This document shows positions 17,658 through 26,309 of a DNA stretch of 64,000 nt, piece by piece. A model generated the notes under the pieces. That model did not search any database. It had not been told where the DNA came from and saw only the letters and a program-made list of their open reading frames with translations. Position 1 is the stretch's first letter. Every line of letters begins with the position of its first letter. The stretch comes from an uncultured Lachnospiraceae bacterium (lineage in GTDB: Bacteria; Bacillota; Clostridia; Lachnospirales; Lachnospiraceae): contig CAMONU010000006.1 in NCBI GenBank assembly GCA_946620695.1, positions 17,479 through 81,478 on the forward strand, written 5' to 3'. The translations under genes and the position numbers were made by a program.

Positions 17658-19076
17658 ATGGTATTCAGCAGCCTGCTGTTTCTGTTCCGCTTTTTACCGG
17701 CGGTGCTTTTCTTTTATTTTATCGTACCCCCAAGATTTCGGAATCTGGTTCTTCTGCTGGTCAGCCTGGTATTCTATGCCTGGGGCGAGCCGGTCTATGT
17801 GGTTCTGATGATCGTTTCGATCCTGATTTCATGGGGAGGAGGCCTTGCGGTCAGCAGCTTCCGGGCACAGGGCCGGGAGAGGGCGGCAAAGACCGCTCTG
17901 GTCCTGTCAGTCGGGGCAGGTCTCAGCCTTCTGGGATTCTTCAAATACGCGGACTTTCTGATCCGGACGGTGAATTCAGTGGCCGGGACAAAGATCTCGC
18001 TGCTGCATCTGACCCTGCCGATCGGGATCTCATTTTATACCTTCCAGACGATTTCCTATATTATCGACGTGTATCGGTCAGATGCCTCTGTCCAGAAAAA
18101 TGTAATATCCTACGGGGCCTATGTGACCATGTTTCCCCAGCTGATCGCCGGACCGATCGTCCAGTACCGGACCATCGACGCCCAGCTTCGCTCCAGGAAG
18201 GAGAGCATGGAGGAGTTTGCTCAGGGGATCAACCGCTTTATGATCGGCCTGGGCAAGAAGGTGCTCCTGGCCAACCAGGCGGGGGTGCTGTGGGATCAGA
18301 TCCGGGTTATGGATACGGGGAAAATGCCGGTCCTGACGGCCTGGATCGGGATCGCAGCCTACACCTTCCAGATCTATTTTGATTTTTCCGGCTATTCTGA
18401 CATGGCCATCGGACTTGGCCATATGTTCGGATTCCGCTTCCTGGAAAATTTTGATCATCCATATCTGGCTTCGAGCGCGACGGAATTCTGGCGCAGGTGG
18501 CACATCTCGCTGGGAACCTGGTTCCGGGAGTATGTCTACATTCCTCTTGGAGGAAACCGTGTAGGACGCGCGGGCCTGATCCGCAATACACTGGTGGTCT
18601 GGCTCCTGACAGGCATCTGGCACGGCGCGGACTGGAATTTCATGATCTGGGGCGTCTATTACGGGATTCTTCTGCTTCTGGAAAAGCTGGTCTACGGGAA
18701 ATACCTGCAGCGCCTGCCTTCATTCCTCCGGCATTTCTACGCGATGTTCGCGGTGATGATCGGCTGGTATATCTTCTCCTTCAATGAGATCAGCGGCGGC
18801 CTGGGATACCTGACGGCCATGTTCGGCAGCGGGGGAAGGCTTCTTTCCGGCGGCAGCATCTATCTGCTCTATTCCAACGGGATTCTTCTGGCAGCCCTGA
18901 TCCTCGGATCGACGGACCTGCCGCAGAGGATCGCGTCGGGGATTCTTGCAAGGGTACGGGAGAGCGACGCTGTTTCCATTCTCCTGCGCAGCCTCTTTTA
19001 TGCAGCGGTGTTCCTCCTCAGCACGGCCAGTCTGGTGGGGGCATCCTACAATCCGTTCCTGTATTTTCGTTTCTGA
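17658..19076 (+). CDS. MBOAT family O-acyltransferase (AlgI/PatA/DltB-like)
   Basis: MVFSSLLFLF, LPIGISFYTFQ, FPQLIAGPIV, FDFSGYSDMAIG, EFWRRWHISL, GIWHGA motifs. Confidence 0.93.
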   Translation: MVFSSLLFLFRFLPAVLFFYFIVPPRFRNLVLLLVSLVFYAWGEPVYVVLMIVSILISWGGGLAVSSFRAQGRERAAKTALVLSVGAGLSLLGFFKYADFLIRTVNSVAGTKISLLHLTLPIGISFYTFQTISYIIDVYRSDASVQKNVISYGAYVTMFPQLIAGPIVQYRTIDAQLRSRKESMEEFAQGINRFMIGLGKKVLLANQAGVLWDQIRVMDTGKMPVLTAWIGIAAYTFQIYFDFSGYSDMAIGLGHMFGFRFLENFDHPYLASSATEFWRRWHISLGTWFREYVYIPLGGNRVGRAGLIRNTLVVWLLTGIWHGADWNFMIWGVYYGILLLLEKLVYGKYLQRLPSFLRHFYAMFAVMIGWYIFSFNEISGGLGYLTAMFGSGGRLLSGGSIYLLYSNGILLAALILGSTDLPQRIASGILARVRESDAVSILLRSLFYAAVFLLSTASLVGASYNPFLYFRF

Positions 19077-19235
19077 GGAGGGCCGTGAATAACCACTCTG
19101 AGGAAATACGGATTCAATAGTCTGTGATTAATCGATTCCGGGCCGGCTGCCATGGGCGGCCGGCGCGCGGCAGCTTCAGCTGCGGGATTTCATTTTGGAC
19201 TGTGAATCCGGTTTTGCCTGAAAGGGAGGCTTTGT

Positions 19236-20378
19236 GTGAATTACCGTCAGTCAGTCAATATTGCAGCGGTTTTTCTGCTTCTGATTTTCGGCTTTGCCGC
19301 GGCGACGATTCTGAAACCGTCCAGTGAGCGGAGCGAGACGGAGAACCGGCTTCTTGAACAGAGGCCGGACCTGAACTGGGGGGACCTGATTTCAGGAAAA
19401 TTCGCCGAAGATTACGAGGCGTATCTGTCGGATCAGTTTGTCTGCCGCGACGGCTGGATCAGCCTGAAGACGGCGTTTGAGCGGGCGACCCTCAGGCAGG
19501 AGGCGGAAGACGTCTACTTTGCCCGGGATCATTACCTGATCGAGAAGCATACAGGCGTTTTCAGCACGCAGACCGCCGAACAGAATATCCGGACCCTGTC
19601 CGCCTTTTTCACGGATCTTTCCCAGTCCCTGGATTCCCGGCATCTGACCGCCATGGTGGTGCCGAACGCCGTGGATATTCTCAGGGACAGGCTGCCTGCT
19701 TTCGCGGATCCTTACGATGAGGAACTTTATCTCCGGAAAATCGCGGAGGCGCTCCCCGACGGGGTATGGTTCGACAGTTCCGCCGTTCTTTCCGAACACA
19801 GCGGGGAGGAGATCTATTACCGGACAGACCACCACTGGAAGACTCTGGGCGCTTTCTATACCTTCAGGTCATGGGCGCAGGAAAAGGGACTTGCGGGAAC
19901 CTCCGCGCTCTCATTCCAGCCGGTGACCGTGACAGACTCCTTTGAAGGCACCATTGCCTCCAGGCTCGGCATCAGCGGCCGGGCGGATTCGATCGAGCGC
20001 TATGATCCGGAGTTTCCTTTCGACTATTATCTGATCTATAATCAGTCTGATGACATCCGAAACAGCATCTATCAGGATTCCTTCCTGGAGAGAAAAGATA
20101 AATACGCTTACTTCTTCGGAGGCAATTTCGGCCTGATCCAGGCGAAGATGCCGGAGCATGTGACCGGGAGGAAACTTCTGGTGATCAAGGATTCCTACGC
20201 CCACTGCTTCGTGCCCTTTACCTATGCGCTTTTTGACCAGGTGGACATGCTGGACACCAGATATTACAATGCAAGTATTTCCGCCCTGATCGGGCAGGAG
20301 AACTATACCGACGTTCTCTTTCTCTTTAATGCCGCGGGCTTTGCGGAGGAGACGAGCCTTGCCAGGCTTCTGACCTGA
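19236..20378 (+). CDS. DHHW family protein (AlgJ/AlgX/PatB-like putative O-acetyltransferase)
   Basis: ENRLL, YLSDQF, YYRTDHHW, KDSYAH motifs; N-terminal TM; GTG start behind GGGAGG. Confidence 0.85.
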   Translation: MNYRQSVNIAAVFLLLIFGFAAATILKPSSERSETENRLLEQRPDLNWGDLISGKFAEDYEAYLSDQFVCRDGWISLKTAFERATLRQEAEDVYFARDHYLIEKHTGVFSTQTAEQNIRTLSAFFTDLSQSLDSRHLTAMVVPNAVDILRDRLPAFADPYDEELYLRKIAEALPDGVWFDSSAVLSEHSGEEIYYRTDHHWKTLGAFYTFRSWAQEKGLAGTSALSFQPVTVTDSFEGTIASRLGISGRADSIERYDPEFPFDYYLIYNQSDDIRNSIYQDSFLERKDKYAYFFGGNFGLIQAKMPEHVTGRKLLVIKDSYAHCFVPFTYALFDQVDMLDTRYYNASISALIGQENYTDVLFLFNAAGFAEETSLARLLT

Positions 20379-20592
20379 TGACTGCAGTGTCAGGAGTCTG
20401 CCGCACGCCATGCGCGGATGCATAACATAGCACGGAGCAGTCCACAACTATGTTTGCATGGTGCAGTATTCTGATGATTATCAATACCGCCCTGACACAA
20501 CTGCGCCCGTGGCTCTGTGTTCCGCTTCGGGCAGCGGACAAAGGAAAATGATGGAAAGACCGGATCGGATCAGATCCTGAAAGGAGGAGGGC

Positions 20593-21441
20593 ATGAGCTG
20601 CGCAGACAGGATATTTATCGACATGTGCAGGGATATTCTCGAGCACGGTACAAGCACGGAGGGGGAGAAAGTCCGCCCTCACTGGCCGGACGGAACGCTG
20701 GCCTACACAATCAAGCGCTTCGGCGTCTGCAACCGCTATGACCTGAGACAGGAATTCCCGGCGCTGACTCTGAGAAGGACGGCGCTTAAAAGCGCCATGG
20801 ATGAGATCCTCTGGATCTGGCAGAGAAAATCCAACAATATACATGACCTGAAGCCGCACATCTGGGATGAGTGGGCGGACGCGGACGGTTCGATCGGCAA
20901 GGCCTACGGCTACCAGCTGGGCGTCAAGCACCGCTATAAGGAGGGAATGTTCGATCAGGTGGACCGTGTGCTCTATGACCTGAAAAACAATCCCTACAGC
21001 AGGAGAATCCTGACCAACATCTATGTGCATCAGGACCTGAGTGAGATGAATCTCTATCCCTGCGCTTACAGCATGACCTTCAATGTGACGAAGGATCCGG
21101 ATTCCGGCAGACTGGTCCTGAACGCGGTCCTGAACCAGCGCTCCAACGATGTGCTGACGGCCAATAACTGGAATGTGGCCCAGTACGCGATTCTTCTGAT
21201 GATGATCGCACAGGTCTGCGATATGATCCCCGGGGAGCTGGTCCACATGATCGCGGATGCCCATATCTATGACAGGCATGTTCCGCTGGTGCGGGAGCTG
21301 ATCAGCCGGGAGCCGCTGCCGGCCCCGAAGGTGTGGCTGAATCCGGAGGTGAAGGACTTCTATCAGTTTACGACGGATGATCTGCATGTGGAGAATTATG
21401 AGACGCATCCGCAGATAAAGAATATACCTGTGGCGGTCTGA
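20593..21441 (+). CDS. thyA: Thymidylate synthase
   Basis: GKAYGYQ, YSRRIL, LYPCAYS, QRSND, DAHIYDRH motifs. Confidence 0.96.
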   Translation: MSCADRIFIDMCRDILEHGTSTEGEKVRPHWPDGTLAYTIKRFGVCNRYDLRQEFPALTLRRTALKSAMDEILWIWQRKSNNIHDLKPHIWDEWADADGSIGKAYGYQLGVKHRYKEGMFDQVDRVLYDLKNNPYSRRILTNIYVHQDLSEMNLYPCAYSMTFNVTKDPDSGRLVLNAVLNQRSNDVLTANNWNVAQYAILLMMIAQVCDMIPGELVHMIADAHIYDRHVPLVRELISREPLPAPKVWLNPEVKDFYQFTTDDLHVENYETHPQIKNIPVAV

Positions 21442-21495
21442 GACGGAAGGAATTTCGCCATGGTACAAAACTCTGTTTTGGAAGGAGGACCCGGT

Positions 21496-21999
21496 ATGAA
21501 AATGATCGCGGCAGTGGATGCCAGATGGGGAATCGGCAGGAAGAACCAGCTTCTCGTATCGATTCCGGCAGATATGAAAGCCTTCCGGGCGGCGACGACC
21601 GGACAGGTCATCGTGATGGGCAGGAAGACCCTGGAAAGTTTTCCGGGAGGAAAGCCTCTGAAGGGGCGCGTCAACCTGGTTCTGACCGGGGGCAGAAATT
21701 ACCGGGCGGAGGGGGCGACGGTCCTTCACAGCGTGGAGGATGTGCTGAAAGAACTGGAAAAATATCCGGACAGGGAAGCCTGGTGCATCGGGGGCGGAAG
21801 CATCTACAGACAGTTTCTCCCTTTTACAGATGAAGTGCACGTGACAAAGATCGAGCATGTCTACGAGGCGGATACCTTCTTTCCGGATCTGGACGCGGAT
21901 CCGGAATGGGAGATTACGGGAATCAGTGAAGAGCAGACTTATTTTGACCTCGTCTATCATTTTGTAAGATATGAACGCTGCCGTTCACGGGCAATTTGA
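21496..21999 (+). CDS. folA: Dihydrofolate reductase
   Basis: IAAVDARWGIG, IPADMKAF, VMGRKT, IGGGSIY, EADTFFP motifs; GGAGG RBS before ATG 21496. Confidence 0.95.
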   Translation: MKMIAAVDARWGIGRKNQLLVSIPADMKAFRAATTGQVIVMGRKTLESFPGGKPLKGRVNLVLTGGRNYRAEGATVLHSVEDVLKELEKYPDREAWCIGGGSIYRQFLPFTDEVHVTKIEHVYEADTFFPDLDADPEWEITGISEEQTYFDLVYHFVRYERCRSRAI

Positions 22000-22060
22000 A
22001 ATCAGGTTCTGATTCGTCGTATCTGCAGGTAAGAAGCGGGTTCTGATATCAGATATGAAC
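21983..22060 (+). mobile_element. Dispersed MITE/REP-like element, copy E, overlapping the folA stop codon
   Basis: GTTCACGGGCAATTTGAAATCAGGTTCTGATTCGTCGTATCTGCAGGTAAGAAGCGGGTTCTGATATCAGATATGAAC. Confidence 0.8.
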
Positions 22061-22101
22061 GGCGCCGGGAACGGCGCCGCTAAAGAAGGAGCAGACTGAC
22101 T

Positions 22102-25101
22102 GTGGATCATCTGCGCTGCGTTGTGGAACGCATTACCTATCAGAATGAAGAAAACGGCTACGCGGTGATCAAATGCCGCGCCAAAGGGTATCCTGAACTT
22201 GTGACGGTTGTAGGCTCCATGCCGGACGTCCATGTGGGTTCTGTCCTGACCATGGAAGGAGAATGGAAGATTGACCGCCGCTTCGGCAGGCAGTTTTCGG
22301 CCATGAAATGGGAAGAGAGCCTGCCGGCCACAGCACTCGGGATTGAGAAATATCTGGGCTCCGGACTGATCAAAGGGCTGGGGCCGAAGATGGCCAGAAG
22401 GATCGTCGAGGCCTTCGGCGATCAGACCCTGGAAGTGATCGAATCCGATCCGGAAAAGCTCAGCAGGGTGCAGGGCATCGGGAAAAAGCGGGCGGCCCGG
22501 ATCCTCTCCGAGTGGGAGGCCCAGAAGGAGATCCGGAATATCATGCTGTTCCTGCAGTCCCATGACGTGGCGCCGGCGCACGCGGCCCGCATCTATAAGG
22601 CTTACGGAAATGACGCGATCCGGATCGTCAGGGAGAATCCCTACCGCCTTGCGGACGATATATGGGGCATCGGCTTTAGGACGGCGGACCAGATCGCTGC
22701 GAAGATGGGGATCGGGAAGGACCGCTTCATGAGGCTGCGCAGCGGCATTCTTTATACCCTGCACCAGTTCTCCGATCAGGGACACTGCTTTGCCCGCCGC
22801 ACCCCGCTGATTGAAAGAGCATCGGAACTCCTGGAAGCGGAGAAGGAGCTTCTTGAATTTACGCTTGACGATATGATCCGGGCCAAGGATGTGATCGCAG
22901 AAAAGGAAGAGGAATCGACGGAAGGCGATCTCTGCATCTGGCTCCCGGCCTTTTTCCATGCAGAGAGGGGAGTGGCCAGGAGGATCCGGACGATTCTTTC
23001 CGCTGCCAGAGAGCGGACTGTCATGGAGGACGGGGGACTGATCAGCAGGATCGAGAACCGGATGCAGATCTGCTATGATCCGATCCAGAGGGATGCGATC
23101 CTTACGGCCATCCATTCCAAACTGATGGTCCTGACCGGGGGACCCGGGACCGGGAAAACCACGGTGACCCGGGCGATTATCGCCGCATACCGGGAGTCGG
23201 GTTTCAGGGTTCTTCTGGCGGCCCCGACCGGACGCGCCGCCAAACGGATGAGCGAGGCGGCAGGCATGGAGGCCTGCACGATCCACCGCCTTCTGGAAGC
23301 GCAGCCGCCGGGTGCCTATAAGAAAAATGAAGAAAATCCGGTCGAGGGAGACGTCCTGATTGTGGATGAGTGCTCCATGATCGACCTGATCCTGATGTAT
23401 AACCTGCTCAAAGCCCTGCAGGATTCCATGACCCTGATCCTGATCGGGGACACGGACCAGCTGCCGAGCGTGGGCGCGGGAAATGTGCTCTGTGATATCA
23501 TCTCCTCGGGGGCGGTCCCGGTCATCCGGCTGGAGCGGATCTTCCGCCAGGCCCAGGGCAGCCGCATCATCATGAATGCCCACCGGATCAACCGGGGAGA
23601 GCCGCTGGATCTCAGGGGCGGGAAGGAGTCTGATTTCTTCTTTATCGAGGAGGAGGACCAGGATGCGGCGGTGAAGAGGATGGTATCCTACTGTGTGAAG
23701 AATCTCCCTGATTATTACAGGGTGGATCCGCTCCGGGATATCCAGGTCCTGACGCCCATGCAGAAAGGGGCTGCCGGGGCGGTGCATCTGAACACGCTCC
23801 TGCAGCAGGCCATGAATCCGGAGGGACCCTGCCTGATGAGGGGCGGCATATCCTACCGCCTTCACGACAAGGTGATGCAGATCCGGAACAATTATGATAA
23901 GGAAGTTTACAACGGAGACATCGGCCTGATCACGGCAGTGAATACCGGCGACCGGGAACTGACCGTCTCCTTTGACGGCAGGAACGTCGGATATGATGTC
24001 TCAGAGCTTGATGAACTGGTCCTGGCCTATGCCACGACCATTCACAAAGCCCAGGGCAGCGAGTATCCGATCGTGGTCCTGCCCCTTCAGATGAGCCATT
24101 ACATCATGCTGCAGCGCAACCTGCTCTACACGGCTGTCACAAGGGCAAAGAAGGTACTGGTCATCTTCGGCGAGCGGAAAGCCCTTGCATGCGCGGTCCG
24201 GAACAACCGGGCATCTGTGCGCAACACCCGCCTGTCCGCAAGGCTTGCGGGGGAGGCGGCAGCAAAAGCTGCTTCCGGACAGGCACAGGCGCAAGCGGCC
24301 GGTGAAGCTGTTCGCACCGCCGCGGGGATGGCTGGTGAAACTGCAGTCCACACCGATGCGGGAATGGCCGGTGAAGCTGCAGTCCGCACCGCCGCGGCAA
24401 TGGTCGGTGAAGCAGTCCGCACCGCCGCGGGGATAAGCGGCGGGTCTGCGGCCCGTCCTGCGGAAATTCCGGCACAGACCGGGAATACGCCCGCGGCGCG
24501 CACATTTGCTCCCGTTGTAACAGTCCGTCGCCTGACTCTTTCCGGTGAGACCGAAAGGCGCCTGAGGCACAGATTTATCGCTTTCGATACGGAGACGACG
24601 GGCCTGAGCCCGGAAAGGGACCGGATCTGCGAGCTTGGCGCGGTCCTGTTTGAGAACGGGACTGCGGTAAGGCGTTTTGAGACGCTGGTCAATCCGGACG
24701 TGAGGATGAGCTACGGCGCCACGAAGGTGAACCACATCACGGACAGGATGCTGTATACGGCGCCGTCCGAGAGAGAGGTGTATCCCAGGCTCATGGATTT
24801 TTTTACCGGCGCCGGGGAAGGCGGGCAGGAGGAGATCCTCCTCTGCGCCCACAATGCCCGTTTTGACATGGCGTTCCTGAAAAGCGCCCTGGAGCGAAAC
24901 GGGATCGAGGGAAGGCTGCTTTTTGTGGACACGCTGGAGCTTTCCAGGCAGTTTCTGAGACGGTCTCCCGACTACAGGCTCGGCACCGTCGGGGACTTTT
25001 TCGGGATCGTAAACCGGGAGGCGCACAGGGCTGCCGCAGATGCGGAAGTATGCGGACAGATTCTCTGCAGGCTTCTGGAGTACAGGAGAAAGCTGAAATA
25101 G
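22102..25101 (+). CDS. recD2: RecD2-like SF1B helicase fused to a C-terminal DEDDh 3'-5' exonuclease domain
   Basis: VERITYQNEENGY N-terminus, GGPGTGKT, IVDECSM, YATTIHKAQGSE, LLYTAVTRAK; then FDTETTG, HNARFD, HRAAADA. Confidence 0.92.
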   Translation: MDHLRCVVERITYQNEENGYAVIKCRAKGYPELVTVVGSMPDVHVGSVLTMEGEWKIDRRFGRQFSAMKWEESLPATALGIEKYLGSGLIKGLGPKMARRIVEAFGDQTLEVIESDPEKLSRVQGIGKKRAARILSEWEAQKEIRNIMLFLQSHDVAPAHAARIYKAYGNDAIRIVRENPYRLADDIWGIGFRTADQIAAKMGIGKDRFMRLRSGILYTLHQFSDQGHCFARRTPLIERASELLEAEKELLEFTLDDMIRAKDVIAEKEEESTEGDLCIWLPAFFHAERGVARRIRTILSAARERTVMEDGGLISRIENRMQICYDPIQRDAILTAIHSKLMVLTGGPGTGKTTVTRAIIAAYRESGFRVLLAAPTGRAAKRMSEAAGMEACTIHRLLEAQPPGAYKKNEENPVEGDVLIVDECSMIDLILMYNLLKALQDSMTLILIGDTDQLPSVGAGNVLCDIISSGAVPVIRLERIFRQAQGSRIIMNAHRINRGEPLDLRGGKESDFFFIEEEDQDAAVKRMVSYCVKNLPDYYRVDPLRDIQVLTPMQKGAAGAVHLNTLLQQAMNPEGPCLMRGGISYRLHDKVMQIRNNYDKEVYNGDIGLITAVNTGDRELTVSFDGRNVGYDVSELDELVLAYATTIHKAQGSEYPIVVLPLQMSHYIMLQRNLLYTAVTRAKKVLVIFGERKALACAVRNNRASVRNTRLSARLAGEAAAKAASGQAQAQAAGEAVRTAAGMAGETAVHTDAGMAGEAAVRTAAAMVGEAVRTAAGISGGSAARPAEIPAQTGNTPAARTFAPVVTVRRLTLSGETERRLRHRFIAFDTETTGLSPERDRICELGAVLFENGTAVRRFETLVNPDVRMSYGATKVNHITDRMLYTAPSEREVYPRLMDFFTGAGEGGQEEILLCAHNARFDMAFLKSALERNGIEGRLLFVDTLELSRQFLRRSPDYRLGTVGDFFGIVNREAHRAAADAEVCGQILCRLLEYRRKLK
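24298..24434 (+). repeat. In-frame 33/36-bp tandem repeat forming the RecD2-exonuclease linker
   Basis: GGTGAA-starting units at 24301, 24334, 24370, 24406 encoding AGEA(A)VRTAAGM-like peptides. Confidence 0.9.
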
Positions 25102-25251
25102 TATATTCATTTTTCCTGTGAAATGGTGTATATTCAAAGCAGATATTCGAAATCAGGGTTTTGTCTTACATGAGTTCTGCACGCTGCATCCGGGAGATTG
25201 ACATCATAGAATTGCGAAAGAGTAAGGCAGATGGATTAGTGGGAGGCAGAT

Positions 25252-26184
25252 TTGATCTATACGGTTACATTCAGCCCGACTCTGGATTACATTGTCGGGG
25301 TGGAACATTTCAGAACAGGAAGCATCAACCGTACGACTTCGGAGACGATCTATCCGGGCGGCAAGGGAATCAATGTTTCTCTTACTCTCAAGCGGCTGGG
25401 CTTCGAGAATACTGCGCTCGGATTTACGGCCGGCTTTACGGGGGCGGAGATCCGCCGCCTTCTTCGCGGCTATGGGGTGGAGTGCAACTTTATCTCGGTC
25501 GAGCAGGGGATGTCCCGCATCAATATGAAGATTCTCTCGGATGAGGAAACTGCGATCAACGGACAGGGAGCCCGGGTGACGCCGGAGGATATCGGCACTC
25601 TCTATGCCCGGCTCAGATGCCTGGTGGACGGGGATTTTCTTGTCCTGGCGGGACATATTCCGGATTCCCTTCCCTCCAATATGTACGAGCAGGTGCTCAT
25701 GATGCTGGAGAACCGCAGACTGAATGTGATTGTAGACGCGGAGCAGGAGGCTCTTACGGACACACTGAAGTATAAGCCTTTCCTGATCAAGCCCAACAGG
25801 GATGAGCTTGGCGACATTTTCGGCGTACAGCTTAAGAGCAGGGAAGATGTGGTCCCCTATGCCAGGAAGCTGATGGAAAAAGGAGCGCGCAATGTTCTGG
25901 TGAGTCTCGGAGCGGACGGAGCAGTCCTTCTGGCCGAGAACGGGCTGATTTACAGTTCCCCCGCCCTTCAGGGCGATGTTGTCAGCACCGTGGGCGCGGG
26001 AGACGCCATGGTGGCGGGATTTCTGGCCGGTTATCTCGGCTCGGACGGGGATTATCTGAACGCTTTCAAGAAAGGCCTCTGTGCGGGAGCGGCGAGCTCG
26101 TTCAGCCTTGTGGTTCCGGACGGGAGGGAAGTGGGGCGCCTGATGCGCACCACCGATTTCCAGATCGATATAACAGAAGCCTGA
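25252..26184 (+). CDS. 1-phosphofructokinase-family (FruK/LacC) PfkB kinase
   Basis: MIYTVTFSPTLDY, PGGKGINVS, IKPNRDEL, STVGAGDAMVAGF. Confidence 0.88.
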   Translation: MIYTVTFSPTLDYIVGVEHFRTGSINRTTSETIYPGGKGINVSLTLKRLGFENTALGFTAGFTGAEIRRLLRGYGVECNFISVEQGMSRINMKILSDEETAINGQGARVTPEDIGTLYARLRCLVDGDFLVLAGHIPDSLPSNMYEQVLMMLENRRLNVIVDAEQEALTDTLKYKPFLIKPNRDELGDIFGVQLKSREDVVPYARKLMEKGARNVLVSLGADGAVLLAENGLIYSSPALQGDVVSTVGAGDAMVAGFLAGYLGSDGDYLNAFKKGLCAGAASSFSLVVPDGREVGRLMRTTDFQIDITEA

Positions 26185-26309
26185 ACCGGTCAGGCTTTAT
26201 TCGGGGCGGCTGCCTGCGGTTTTAAGCAACTGCGGGTACCGTCCCCTTTCGTTTCAGCCGGGACACCGGATCGAGTTACCCGTTGTTTGAAAAAGGAGGA
26301 GGGAGAATT

